Numbered from the stretch's first letter, positions 33,354 through 47,219 are shown. The stretch is 64,000 nt of DNA from Guillardia theta CCMP2712 (GCF_000315625.1 NW_005434628.1:269569-333568); one strand, 5' to 3'. Notes: generated by a model not told the origin, from the sequence alone. Program-made: numbers and translations.

Positions 33354-35662
33354 ATGGCGGAGGACGTGAAGGCACGTACAGGAGGCGGGAGGAGGCAGGG
33401 ATGGTATACGCTCTACAAGCAGATGAGCAACCCAGCGCACTTGAGTCATCTTGACCTCAGAGGATGCCAGCTGACGGCCGAGGATGCCAGGCAGTTGATG
33501 GACAGGATGAACGAGTTCTCGTCCCTGTCCTCCCTCGATCTCAGCATGAACCCCCTCGGCCCCAAGGGCATGAAGGTCGTGCTCATGGCGCTGGCGGTGG
33601 GAGACATCCAGGGAGGGAGGAAGGCGGAGGGGAGGACGTCGAGGGCTCTGAGCACGCTCCTGCTCAACTCTATCGGGCTGAGCGACCACAACTCGGGTGT
33701 TCTCGCACTCGTCGGGCTCAGACACAACTTGTCATGCATAACACTCGGCAAGAACAACCTCGCTGATCGCGCAGCTCTTGTCCTGCATAAGTCGCTGCCA
33801 GGCAACGCGAGTCAGCTCACTAGCCTCGACCTGTCGGACAACTACCTGAGCGACGTCGGGGGCTACAGGCTGCTGGAAGCAGCTGAGAGGTGCACGAACA
33901 TGAAGATGCTGATCCTGAATGGGAACCCAGTGTCGTCCGAGCTGCTTCAGAGGGCAAGGAGCATCAACGATGCTGCTGCGCGATGGAACGCGGACGCTGC
34001 GGCGCCTCAGAGGAAGATCCGTTCCTCTCATCCAGGCTTCCTCGCGTACCAGAGGATGACGTCTGCGCTGAAGCTGTTGCAGCATCAGGCGTCTCGGGTG
34101 TCCTCTCTCCGGGAAGCTCTCAAGACCGTGAGAGACGAGGTGGAGGAAGGGACGTGGCAGGAGAGCTCGGAGCATGCGAGCTCTGCCTGTTTGAAGCTCG
34201 TGAGCCTGGCGGACGAGGAGCTGAAGCAGACGGTTCAGCTCTTGTCTTCCTTCCAAGAATCAGTTGGGCTGGCGCGGGACGAGGTTGGCCAGTCGATTCT
34301 ACGATGCGAGGAGGAGGAAGGGGAGGCAGGGGATAGAAGAAGCGAGAGCGAGTACTTCTTCGAGCAGAAGCTGAAAGAGATGAGTATTGAAAACATCCGA
34401 AGAACTTCTGAGCTGGAGAGGAGAGAAGCGCAGGTGGCTCGTGCTGAGAAGAACCTGGCGAAGAGAATCCACGAGCATGCTGAAGCTCGAGCCAAGTTGG
34501 AGCGCGAGAGGGAGTTGACAGACCTGATAGCGGATGAGACCGAGCAGACGTGCCGAGAGGGCGAGCTCGTTTCTTCGTTGGCGCGCAAGGTGTACATTAA
34601 AGCCACCCATGACGAGGAGAAGAGATCGTTGCTAGAAGATCTCTACAGGCAGAAAGAAGCAAGGCTGTCGGATCTCCACCAACAGATACAACTATCCTTG
34701 TCGTCGCTCAGGCAAGAGCACCAGCAGCTCTCCGAGGACAAGGCAACTCAGAGACACGCCATGGCGTCACTGAGAGAGGCAGAGAAGAGCGTCAGGAGCT
34801 TCATATCAGACATTCAAGCTTCTTTCATCGAGTGTGACTGCGAGTGCGGCGAGCTCAATCCCCAACGGATGAGTCTTGCTGACATGCCGGAGTTCCTGCA
34901 GAATCTGAGGGTGGCGAGAGACAAGATTCTGACTTTGATCAAGACACAATATGAGACCAAGTTGAGATGTTCAACGCAAGAGAAGATCATCCAGCTCTGC
35001 ACGCATGGGCCAGCAAGTACATGGGATCAGTCTGCAGCCTTGGAAGATTCTTCCGCAGGGAATACAAGCTCCTGTAGTCACCAAGGCACTTTCGCTACCT
35101 CACAGCCTTTCGCATCCGATGCTTGCAATGAAACTAGGGGCACTGCATCTCAAGTCAGCCCCCAAGGACACGTCAAGAGGAATGGCGCAAGCGACGTGAA
35201 AGTCTCCTTGGACACCTCGTCTCCAGCACTCCACTCATCCGACGCCAGCCTGTTCCCCTGCCAGCTTCTCCATCCACATCGCGAGGGAGTGGGAGGAGAG
35301 GCCAGCAACAAGGTGAAGGGAACGCACGTGTGTTGCTGAAGCCTCACCCTGCTGCTGACAGGTGGACAGTCACGAGGCAGAGGCGGGGGGAGGCGAGAGG
35401 GGAAGATGGATGCAAGAGATGTGTGGGAGGCAGCAGGCGGATGAGGTTGGAAGTACGAGCCTTCCCTCTCCTCCTCACGCTCCCGCTCAGGTGCTCGAGC
35501 TGATCGACATGTTTGAAACTCTCGGCGACGTGTTCGAGCTCAAGTCCTACGACCTCCGGCTCAAGGTAGCTGAACCTTGTCCCTCCTGCTCCCTCCCTGC
35601 TTGTCGCTGAGATCTTGCGCAGGAGATCGAGATGGAGATTGCAAGAGCTTGACGAAAGTTGA
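33354..35662 (+). CDS. RNI-like leucine-rich repeat protein with long coiled coil
   Basis: LSHLDLRGCQLT, LSSLDLSMNPLG, LTSLDLSDNYLSDVG, MKMLILNGNPV followed by E/R/K-rich heptads; short 3' exons to ~35662. Confidence 0.8.
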
Positions 35663-35758
35663 GAGGTTGTATCACTGACAAGCATGTAGAAACTTACAAT
35701 CAATAAATCACAAGGCTGTAAATGGCCTCTTCGTCTCCGAAGTTAACTCGCCCTCACG

Positions 35759-38700
35759 TCACTCCTTCACCATCAGCCGTTTGAACGACGTCGCGCGCTC
35801 GGGTGGCCATGGCGGCATCCCTACAGGAGCAGTCAGACCCCAGCTGCTTCTTAGCTGCCAGGAGGACTTGACACCTTTCATCAGCTTGATGTTGACATCC
35901 GTGACGACCTGGAGGGTGTCCTCCAGCAGAGCATGAAAGATCCCGTGCAACCTGCCCAGCAGGGGCTTATCACGAGCTGCTGACGTCAGCACCATTGTCC
36001 CTTCACTCACCGCCGCGTGTGAGACTGCAGGTCAGGGTTGCGGTTGACCTCCAGCAGGTAAACATGCCCAGAGACATCGATCAGGAGGTCGAAGCCCAGC
36101 AGCTGACCAGCAATCGTCACCCTCCTCCTCCTCCTCCTCCGTCCGTACAGCTACCTGGAAGCACCCTCGCCGCGTTGAGAGCGTCGGCAGAGCAGCTTGC
36201 ACGCAGTCAGTCATGATCCTCTCTATCCCTGCTGCTCGTCAGCCAAGATCGCCTCCCCCTGCCCTGCAGACCTGGCAGGATCTGGTCGTCGAGCATGCCC
36301 CCCAAGTCCTTGCTCTCCAGGTACTGCCGGAAGCGAGACGCGTCCCACACAGAGTCCTCGCCGAAGAGAGGATGGTGCTTCTGCACGCAGATGTTGGTGA
36401 GGTGCGATGATTTCCTCCCAAGGTCCTTGACGTCAAACGCCTCACAAGCCCTGCAGGACATGTCGGGGGGCGCGGAGGGAAGGAGGGAAGGGGGGTACCT
36501 TCTGAGGTAGAAGTCGTCGTACCTCAGAAACAGCCGAGGGTTCACTGAAGCGACAAGGCAGAAGGCCCTGATGTCAAACTTTCGCCTGCAAGACTGTGAG
36601 AAGGAGGAGAGGAGCAAAGGGATGAAAGAGGAGGGACAGGGGGAGGAGCAAGTAGGGAGAGTGAGGCTGGGAAGGAGGAAGGGGGGGTTGGGGGGAGGGG
36701 GGGTAGAGGGGCCAAGAGGAGCAGGAAGGGGAGAGGAGTGGAAGAAGAGGGGAGTGAGAAGTCACCTTGCAATAAGGAGGGGGTTCATGATGTATTCCTG
36801 CAACATCTCAGGTAAGGAGAGGAGAGGAGGAGGAGGAGGAGGAGGAGCGGAGCTGAAATTGACCTGCAGGATGACTTCGTCCCCAGGTCTGAGGAGCCTC
36901 TTCTCCCCTGAAGCTGACTTCTTCCCTCGTTCTTTCTTCGCTGCGCTCCTCCTCTCCGCCCTTCCCTCCTCCGCCGCCCTGAGGGGCTCAATGACGTCGA
37001 GCGAGTCAACCCAGATGTCTCGCGATATGGCGGGAATGTCGCAGGTGCGGCAGACTACGATCCCCGTCCCCTGGTTGTTGTTGGAGGGCTTGATGATCCA
37101 GATCCTCTCGTCCCTCGCCATCTCCTCCCCCTCCTTCCCCAGCAGATCGCCAGCTCCCTGCAGGAGGCCCCGAGGGTTCGAGGCAATCTTGGACATGGGG
37201 AGGAAGCCGAGGTCGCAGCTAAGGTCGTTGTCAGAACAAGGATGAGGTCGTCGAAAGCTCTCTCCCTACCCCGAGCTCTTGGCGTGCTCCTCGAGGCATC
37301 GGAGGAGCTTGCTCTTGTTGGACTGAAGGGCAGCAACCCGTGATCTACCGCTCGATCAAGTCAATCAGAGCAGCTCACCAACACTTCAACTCCAGGAAGG
37401 ACGTTCACCAGCTGCTCTCCTGCAGACACGTTTGAGTTGCGCTGCTATAGTAGCAGGCCCACTGACCAGCCCTGAAGGTGTCGAAGTTGACCTCCCACGT
37501 TTGCTGTACCCACCGGATTGCATAACTGAAATATCCAGGTACCGGAGGGATCAGTCAACCCCCCAACATATCCGGCGAGTCAAGGCAGCCTGGGATTTTC
37601 TCACCTGTCATCATTCTTGGCGTTGAACGAAAGCCGTTGGTAGCCGTGCTTGGTGAACGTGTCGACGATGGACGGGAACCCGTTCCCTGCGCAGCCAGTC
37701 AACGTCAGCCAGTCTGCAAGTCACTCGCCATTGACGACGAAGAACGTCGGCTTCGCCCCCTCTTGACACCAGCTGGGCCGCCAGATGCTCTCCACCCCCT
37801 TGGGGTTTCCCAGCTCCGTGTTAACTTGTTCGAGGAGTTGGACGCATGTCAGCGGATCCCCCGTCGTGATCGACCAGCCGCTACTGCTGCTCGTCTTGTC
37901 AGCCCGCGCCCTGCTCGCCCCGTTGGCTCTGCTTCTCCCCGTTTCAGCCAGCTGCTCCAGCTGTAAAACTTCACCTTGAGGGCGAGACAAGACTCTGTGA
38001 CCCACCTTGACACCCGGCCTGACGCCCACCGGAAGGCTCAGCAGCCCCTTCTCGGTACTTGACGTGCCCGGCACCTTCACAGGATCTGCTGCTGCCGCCA
38101 GCCAGCGTCAACTCCACGAGCCCCCCACTAGCGGCTCACCATCATCTTCAGCTGACAACCTCGACGAACCTCTTGCTGAGACCGTTGCTCGGGCCGTGTG
38201 CTCGGATGAAGAGGGGGCTGACAGTGACCTGGTGGTCAAGAGCGCCCTCGGCGGCCTCGAAGGAGCCTTTGCCGAGCTCTCTTCCACCTGTTACGGGTAC
38301 ATTCCGTGTCAATGAGAGCCCAAGGGGCTGCGCGTTCAATTGCCTTCTTCTGCTTCGAGAGACTCTGAGAGCCAGCGGTGACGCCGTTGCCTATCATAGG
38401 CAGAACCTCTAGCCCAGCTCTGCTCGAGCTTTCCGCCTTCTCAGCTCGCTTCTGTCGTCCTCACGTCACACAGGCATAGCACGAACCTTCTCACCTTGCG
38501 GGACTTTGACTTGCGCGACGGCAGGATGTCCCAGGCTTCCTTGGAGACCTTCGGGACAACAGGGGCCGAGAGCCTGACGAGGACGTCAACTGCGGCAGGG
38601 GGGAGGCAGCGGCACCTGATCCAGAAGGGAGTCTCGAAGCTGGAGGAGGGAGCTGACTCATGAGCAGAGGGCCGCGTGCTTGAGCTGAGACCCTGCTGGG

Positions 38701-39916
38701 GCAGATCCGTGCTCGTCCCATGATCTTGAAGGAGCGACCGGTCAAGGCCCTCACTGACATAGCGAGGCGTCCTCGACCTCAGCAGCCTCTTGCTCTTCAC
38801 CGGCGATTCCTTGGGCTCGGACAACCTCGCAAACAGCCCTCTGGGAGTGTTGATCCTCCTCTCAGCATGCGGCGCATCGCTCTCTGTCCCTCTCGTCTTC
38901 CCCTTGACCTTGTCTTGACCTTCCTCGACGGAGTTAGAGGCCTTCAGGGGCTTCCTCGAGACCACGGACTTCCGCTTGCTCGCCTTCTTCGGGACGTCCT
39001 GCCCTTCTCCTCTCAGCTCCACAGCTCTGTTGTCATCCTGACTCATATGCAAATTGTCGAGAAGGACTTCCTCCGCACTCTCCTCTACGATTTTCAGCCC
39101 CTCGGCATGAAGGCAAAGATCCTTCAAACTATCCGAAGCATTGCTGTTTGGGCCAAGAGCTTCTCGATTTTCAGACATGCTCTGTCTGTACTGTTGGAGA
39201 TCAAGAATGGAGCGTGTAGGAGCACAGAGTTCTTCAGTACTCTCCTTCTCACTCTCTTCTTCAGCCTTCACGTCTTCCTCCTGAATCCTTAGATAATCAG
39301 CATGGTCTCCGAGGTAACGAGCCTTTACGTCTCCCTCTGAATTCGCATGACGTTGCTCGTCGATTCCGCCTCCAGCGCTGATACCCGAGTCTTCGCACTC
39401 CTCAAGCACCATTTCTGCCGCACGCATATCCTGAGAGTGGATTTGTGCTGCTGCTGGCAGCGGAGGAGGTATCTCAGCGCCTCGCTCCACTAGCTGTCGC
39501 TCCTCCTCCTCTGCCATCTCCTGCTCATGCACGCATGGCGTTATCCCTCGTTCTTCCAGCACCTTGGCCGCATCGTAGCCGCGAAGCAGCTCGATCCAGT
39601 TGTGCCGCTCAATGCAGCCGGAGCCATCGAAGTCCATGGCCCTGTGCAGCTGGACATGGGCGGCCTCGTCGATCATCCCCAGCAGAGGCCGCGAAGTTTG
39701 GAGGAACTCAGAGAGGTTGATCTTGCCATCGCAGTCGATGTCAAACACCTCGAACCCTTCCTCGGGGGTGAGCCCGTTGTACAGCAATGCAGCTGCGAGC
39801 AGGTTCAGCCCGGGGACGTGGAAGGAGAAGCAGGAGAGTTCGAGGTCAGCATGCGGGTCGCTTTGCAACGCGTGCAACGCGTCATTCGTCGTGCCCTCCG
39901 CCTCTTCCGCCTCCAT
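35759..39916 (-). CDS. Tubulin-tyrosine-ligase-like protein (closest to the TTLL10 glycylase type) with an N-terminal EF-hand pair
   Basis: WIIKPSNNNQGTGI, LQEYIMNPLLI, RKFDIRAFCLV, HLTNICVQKHHP, LLGFDLLID..VYLLEVNRNPDL; EF loops DIDCDGKINLSE and DFDGSGCIERHN in ORF 38441-39925. The join of the two parts is inferred from splice sites. Confidence 0.8.
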
Positions 39917-40466
39917 CCTTCTCACGCAGCATGTAGTTGATTCCGGGGCTTCATGGTCTCAGAAGTGAGGCAAGGTAGGCTGCTTGAGCTGCGAAACAAG
40001 ACGCAACATGTTTCAAGCATAACATGCTTCTAACGTCATTCGCGCGCACATCTCAACGGCCTGTCCAACCTGAAACCAAACTTAGTCGCGATGAAATGGC
40101 AAATAATTGACTGTAGAGGGGAGTCACGAAAGGTGAAGAGTGTTACGAATCTACGTTACAGGTTTCCATGGATCCCCTGCTCTCAAGCTAGAACATCTAG
40201 TCTGATCTGAACCTCGATGTTTCTCATCCTCAACCTCCATGCTCCCTACTCCCTCGCCCTTTGAACAAAAACCAAATTTCAACCATTCCCTCTCTGAGCC
40301 AACTGCTGTCGGGCGCGCACCAGTGGCAAGATATAGTAATACCTGAAGACATTTGTCAACAAACTGACAACAATTAGAAGGTATATTATACCCGAAGGCA
40401 GAAAGTTTGCTGCCCCGGTTCCTCCGTATTAAATGTTTACTCAACATTGTTGTCTGACTCTCGAAA

Positions 40467-41798
40467 TGGGGCGCGGATCTGACATAAGGCGCATGGGGAA
40501 AGGCGAATCGCGATGGCTGGGTATGGCAGCAATGGCAGCCATGATCGCAGCTGTTGATAGTGTGGGACATGTATATGATAGGACGGGGACTTGCCTGAAG
40601 GCAAGAGCATGCACAAGGACTTCGAGTGAAGGGTTGGTGGCAGCGGGACACCCTGTCAGTTTCGTGTCCTCGTCCTGCCCTCTGTGGGGAAGGAGCAACG
40701 GATTTGACAGGAGAGACGGCTTGACCTCAGCAGGCCCAGGAGGAAGTCCGCGACTGAGAGTTGGATGCTCCGGACGAGAGAGCCTGAGATCCCGGCGCCC
40801 GTCCCTCCCCTCGCTGAACAGGCCGACGAGACGCTGCGGGTTAAGGATGTGCTTGTCTGAGGACGAGAGGAGACTTCTGTGGGAGAAGATAGAGGATCTC
40901 GACTCCGAGATGAATGTGGCGGTATCTGAAGAGAACTACTCGCGGGCAGCAGAGCTGAGGGATGAGATCGCCCGCCTGAAATCGACAGACCCCTACTCCA
41001 ACGCGGAGGCAGAGCTCTCCATCGCCGTAGCAAACGAACGCTACGAGGAAGCGGCGGCGCTGAGGAAGAAGATGAAGGAGGTCGGAAAGCCGCCGGTGCT
41101 CCACAAGAAGGAGAAGAAGCTGCAGGCGCTCGAGCTCGCTCTAGCTACTCCTATCACCCAACCTGCTGACTCGCTCGGCATCAAAGCCAACAGCGATACA
41201 GTGACGAGGGGGGTGCGCATTCAGACGGTGGGCTTCTACCTGCCTGACCCGAGCTCTCCCTCCGATGGGCGTTTCATGTTCGGTTACAATGTCACGATCA
41301 CCAACCTCAACAACGAGACCTGCCAGCTCCTCTCCCGTACTTGGCTGATCAAAACGCGGGTGACGCCCTCCGACTCCAAGACTCAAGTTGTGAGTGAATG
41401 CTGACTGTGTGCGTCCGTGCGGTGAGAGTTTGATCTCTCTGCCAACTGCAGGTAAGTGGCTCCGGTGTGATCGGGCGGCAGCCGGTGCTGGGGCCGAACG
41501 AGAGTTTCACGTATTCTTCATTGTGCCCTCTGTCTCTGGACGAGAGCTACCTCAGGAACCTCCCACAAGACAGAGTAAGAAACTGATGTATCTTGCTGAT
41601 TGTATGAGATTGTGACGTCTGGTGAAGGTGCTCGGCAGCATGGAAGGGAGCTACCTCATGGTGACGGGGGTGATGTTGCATCATGTGCTTGTTGGTTGAT
41701 TTTGTGATCATTGCTAGTAGGCTGTTGGACAGACAGGCTTTCAGGCCATCATAGATCCTTTCTATTTCATTCTCCCAGTGGATGTCGAGATTTTCTGA
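40467..41798 (+). CDS. UVR (UvrB/C coiled-coil) x2 + ApaG/DUF525 protein with a probable targeting presequence
   Basis: [34 protein letters not shown]; [55 protein letters not shown]. Confidence 0.88.
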
Positions 41799-42001
41799 TA
41801 GTCACTTCTGATTCTACTACACCTAAACTTCTTGTTCGATAAAACTCTGCTCGTTCCCACGAACACAGATTTTGCACGGTGTCATGCAAGGCTTGCACTT
41901 GCGATGTCATGATCTTCTCAAGTTTATATCGAAATCATACTATACAATGCTTTGAAGCGAAAAAACAATCTTCTCAAAATCTTAAATACAGCCTTGGGTC
42001 G

Positions 42002-42241
42002 TTAACAGCACCGGTTCTTGTACGATATTTCCATTGACCCAGAATACTGTGAAACCATTTGCTCAAGCAAGCCATCATCAACATCTTCCGGTGCTGGCGT
42101 TAGAACGATTGATATGTCCATCTGGACCAAAGAGGAAGACCGGCTCCTGCACTTCTGGCTCTTTGTAGAAGATTGCATTTTCGTGGATATCGTGAGATTG
42201 TATTGATGCAAGGAGGTCGGATCACGGATAGGAGAGGACAA
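42002..42241 (-). CDS. Possible last exon of a small hypothetical gene (upstream exons to ~42950 unresolved)
   Basis: 79-codon frame preceded by a CT-rich intron-like tract; no recognised family. Confidence 0.25.
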   Translation of the reverse strand: MSSPIRDPTSLHQYNLTISTKMQSSTKSQKCRSRSSSLVQMDISIVLTPAPEDVDDGLLEQMVSQYSGSMEISYKNRCC

Positions 42242-43514
42242 GGAGGAGCAGCAAGGTAGGAGAGAGATTCAGGCGGGCAAACTAAAGAGTATGTAGGCAG
42301 GAGGCAGAGGAGGGAGGAAGTAAAAGACGCAGAGGGGAATCGAAAGACGCGCAAGCCTCCGTGCCTGGGAAAGGGAAAGGGCAGATCAAGGAGCCAGCAG
42401 TTTTTACTACAAGGATCGTTTTGTACTGAATTTGATCAAACCTGTCAGCATGTGTGCCTCCTTATAACGAAAAACTGTTCTTTAATGGTATCTGCAAACC
42501 GAGATCGGAAGCTTCTTTCGCACACTTACAGGATTTAAAAATCATTAAATATAAACTAGTGAATTTTTAAAAGTCAGCTTGTATCTACTTGGAAAAGATA
42601 GGTTTTCGATGTTACTTTGGTCTAAATTGGAGGCTGGCAGATGAAAAGAATAGTTTTCGTGCATAGAGCGACGTTAGGCAGTAAACAACAAGTCACGGCA
42701 GTTACGCACTCCGGCCAGCCGGTCAAACTTTAGTGAGTGCTGCCTCCAGGCCTGTGAGCGAGCAATTGCACTAGGTTTGTGTATTTGCGGAGAGCTGCCT
42801 CTTCTTTTCTCCATTACTTTTTGTGGGGCGGACTTGCTTTTTTACCTCCGACTCTCAAAGGGTTCGATGAAGAACGGCGCTGCTAGCTAGTAGTCTAGAC
42901 GAACTGAAAGATGGAGCTCTCTACGAGCCTCATGCGTCAAAACAGGTCCGGGTCAGATGTCTAGCTTCAGTCTGTACGGCTTCGTATCTATTTGCAACAA
43001 CATATGATGTTTTACACCACTAATCAGTGTATCTCGCCCTATCGGTCAACTCACGGTGACCAATCTTGAATGAGGGTAGGAGATTACTGCTGTGAGTGTA
43101 TGCACGACTCTTGTCAGCGATCCGTCTAGCTGACATCAGTAGAGCCAATTTCCTTCCTCATCAACTGACAGAGGCCAGTGAGCAATCCGAAGGGATAAAA
43201 TGCACAGCGATTTCATCGTACCTTTTCCATTAGCTTGATTGTACTCCCGTCCACCTGGTCCCCAGCTTCTCGTCAGCTCCTCCTCCTCTGCATCCCCGTA
43301 TTTACCTTAACGAGATGTGGAAGCGACTTGCTCGAGCGATTCGTGTCAGCGAGTTCCAGCCTCCTGCGACCAGCCGTGAGCCATCGGAGGGGGGGCGGGA
43401 GGAGGACGAGGACGATCACCCGTCGGTGAGCTGTGCCTGATGGGAGACAAGTCGAGAGAGGTTCTTCTGAAGCCTGTGGCTTCACGTCAGCAGCAGACGC
43501 GTCATCACCCGAAT

Positions 43515-46500
43515 CTACATCTTCACGCAGAACAGCTGGATGATATGCTTCTTGTCTCCTGCGGGCACCTGCACGCTCTGCGCTCTCTTCAGCTGGGAGG
43601 TTCCTCGACATGTCACTTGCTTCACCTTAGCCCGCGGGAGAGGAAGGGGAAGCGCATCCTGTAGCCCCATCCCTAGCAGCACCTGCGTCGCCATGTTGCG
43701 TGCCCAGTCCCATCCATGTGGCCCTGCCGAGGCTCTAGCCTTCGATGACGGGAGGATTTCGGAGGCGAGCGGGACTGAACTCTCATTGAAGGGGGTAGCG
43801 ACGACGACATACATGTACTTGGCGTCGAAGAGCATCACCCCCGTCCGCGCTATCCCCTTCCGGCACTGCTCGCACCCACTGCACAGCTCGGGGCTCTTGA
43901 GGGAGGACGCAAGGAGTCAGCAAGGAAGGAGATGGAGCAGGGAACAGCAGACTCACCGCTGGCAAGTCTTCGGAGGCATCTTCGAAGGCATGGTGACTAG
44001 GAAGAGGGATCTTGACCATGGTGAGTCCAGACGACTCGAGGTCCAAGGTGATACTTTCCGATCTCTTGATCGGGTCCACAGCGAGGGTGCTCTGACTATC
44101 CCTGTCCAGGGGCTTTGACAAGGAGAGGGCATGAACTGAGCTCGAACGTGACGAGGGCAGCGACGAGTAGGCGTCATAGAGCTGGAAGGCAGAGCTTCTC
44201 CTTTTCGACTTGCTCTTCTCTCTTCCTTCCGTGTCTTCTCTTTGTATCGGGAGGGAGGTCGTGATAGGAACTGACTTTATCCGCTCCTCCCTCGTCTTGT
44301 GTCCCGGCACCAGGCCGATCCAGTTGTCGATTGCGAGACCCTTCCATGAGCTGTCAGACTTGTCTGGAGTGGGGCTGTTTGGCGAAGCCATGTTGAGCCT
44401 GATGAGCGCGTCGAGCTTGCGATCACAATCGGAGACTTTCTTCTGCAGGTTGTCGACTTTCTTCATGGCGTTGTATCCACTCATCTGATCGTTGAGGTGA
44501 AGGAGCTGGAGGATAGCAGGATGCATCAGGAGGAAGCAAACATCAGCGTGCACATGTCACCAGGCTCTGCATCTTCAACTGTTCATCCTCTATCTTGATC
44601 TGTCTGGAGGCAATCTGACGAAGGCATCTCGTCACAACATGGTTAGAGTCAATATCAACCGACCTCGTCGATGTTGAGTGTGAGCTGCTTGAGGACAAAG
44701 AGGATCGATCCAACGCTAGAGTCTTCCTCATTGTAGACGAGCGACGTTGCCATCTTTCTCTGCACGTACTTCTTGAGCTGCTCGCGGATGATCTTCTCGA
44801 AGTTTTCCGGGTCAACCTCCTGCTCCTGATCGCAATACTCGAGGTGGTTCGTGACCTCCTCGAAGTCTTCGTACGAGAAGTGAATCTCCTTGGTGCTGTG
44901 GAGCGTTCGCATGCCTCGATTGATCTCTTTGTAGGACAGGCTGTGGTTGTCGTCCTTGTCCAGGAAGGAGAAAAGTTTTGCGATCCTTTCGCTCAGGTCC
45001 TCGCTCGTGTTGTAGTGGATCAGGGTGGCCAGCAGCGGGTCGAGAGGACTGGCATGGTGAGACTCCAGTGAGCTGAGGGTCTTCATCTCTTGCATCCTCT
45101 TCCTCTCCTTCTCTCTTGCTACCGATGTGACGAACGCATCTGACGTGCACAGACATCAGCATTCAACTTGCAGGATCTCTTGGCTTACTCAGCAGCACCG
45201 CCACGAAGACATTCACGACGATCATTCCTCCTGCCATCCGCTCACTCTCTCCATGGCATCGTCTCGACCTCCCTCACCGATGACCATGTAGGACGAGAAG
45301 AACAGAACAGACTGCGAGCCGAAGCCGCTCTCTGGAAACAAGCTCCTCGACATCTCCACCCAACCATCCCCGGTGCTCACCTGACGTCGCACCGTCACCT
45401 GCCCAGCTTGCCTCCACCTCTTCGTGGCAACACACCGTGAACATGGTGAAGAGCGAACGCTTGAAGTCGCCGAACAGCTCCTGGTCGGAGTCCTTGAAGA
45501 TGTTGACGGCAAGTACCGCGTAAATGCAGGTAATGAGCATAAGTATCACAAACGCGCTCAATAGCGGGAACACGGCCAATCTGATGACACATCGTCAAGC
45601 CTGTGGCAGGAGCGAGAGCAAACGATGAGCTCACGCAAGCGCGTCTATGATCTGCCTGAAGGATGAGAGAAACTGAAGCGACTTGACCGCTCGAAACACG
45701 CGAATCAGCCTGAGAACTTGAAGCTTGTTCTAGAGAGGCAAGATAGGACTAGATGTCACAGTTGCTGACTGTCATGAAGCATGTCAGCCTTACCGTCTCC
45801 GATATGCCGAGGCCGACGATGCTGACGACGACGATCTACATCATTGTCAAGCTCATAGCTTTGCTCTCCTGCTGCCTTACCACGAAGTCGAAAATCTTCC
45901 AGCCGTCTCTCCAGAACTTTTTTCCATACGCAATCAGCAGGAAGATTAGCTCAGTGGTGTAGACGAGAGTAAAGAAGATGTCCAGATACTTGAAAGTCCT
46001 CTCTGTAGCTGAGCCTGATTTCGGCTGAATCTCCGCTTGGAGCATATTGATCACAAAGTTGGACAGGATGATTGTGGAGATGAGAACGTTCACCGTGCTG
46101 CTCTCAAAGAAAGTTTTCACGCTCCATTGTATCCTGGCATACATCGAGATGCTGGGATTAGTTCTCCTTTCCAGCTCGATGGCAGCTCGGACGACGGTCC
46201 TTAGGAACTCTACCCAAGTGTCTCGCTCGTCTGCTGACACGAACGTTCTGAACGAGTAGCTTCTTCCTGCATTGTACCCATCCTGCGATGTCGTGACCTC
46301 GAAAGAGTACGCTGTGTTTCCGCATGTGTCGTCGTTGTCGTGCTGCAGATCTGGCAACAAATCATCATCAGCCTCCTCCTTCTACAGCAAGAGGGTGTAC
46401 ATTCTTTGGCTGTAGTCATCCTGCCGTCAGAGTCAGCAGCGCCTCCACGTTGCCCACCCGCTCACCTTCCTTCTTTGCCGCCTCGAGCTGTCCGCACAGC

Positions 46501-46861
46501 CTCGACCGACTCGACCTCGTGGAGGGGGATAGTCTCGCTGACGATCTCCGAGTCCATTTTGCAGATCATCAGCAGCTTCTTCGTTACGATCACCTGCTCG
46601 CATGCTCGTCAGCGATGTGTGCAGCAGGATATAGGACCTGTCTCGGCTGCCATTTCGCAGAGGATGTAGCGTACTGAACGGGAAGGAGGCAAAGAAAGAT
46701 TAGCATGGGAGCGAACAGGCAGGGTGAAAAAGAACCTTATCCAAGTTCCCGCACTTCAACCTCTTGTTCTCTGGAGGCAGGCCCTGAGCAATGGTGCCAC
46801 CAAGAAACTTGTCCTTGGGAGCTCGAGGAGGATCGGCCGATTGTCCATTGACTGCCGCCAT
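43515..46861 (-). CDS. Single-domain voltage-gated 6TM cation channel with N-terminal PH domain and C-terminal EF-hand
   Basis: PH: KCGNLDK..ETIPLHEVESVE..SFEVTT..GRSYSFR..ERDTWVEFL; S1-S3: ISTIILSNFV, LDIFFTLVYTTEL, FWRDGWKIFDFVV; S4: KLQVLRLIRVFRAVK; pore: FGDFKRSLFTMFTVSTGDGW; EF: DKDDNHSLSYKE. Confidence 0.88.
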
Positions 46862-47219
46862 CGGAAGGAGCAAGACTGGTACACCAAGATTAGGAGGAAG
46901 CGAGGATCTGATAATAATAATAGGAAAGCACAAAATCTTCCAACACCGCACATTAGACAAGCTGTTGAGCAACAGAGTGTCGAGATATGTGAACGATACA
47001 CGTCTTTCTCTCATCTTCATCTGCCATCTTTTCCTCTCCCTCCCTCCCTTCCCTCGCTTCATGGAATCATGTATGCACATTCCTTGCAAGATGGTATTTT
47101 GTTCTCCCTGGAGTCAGAGAGTAGCCTCTTTTTACTTAGAGCTTCTCTTAGTCTTTCGTTGACCTTTGACCCCTCTCCTGACCTTTCTGCTGTGACTTGA
47201 CATCTTCTACAATCTATTA

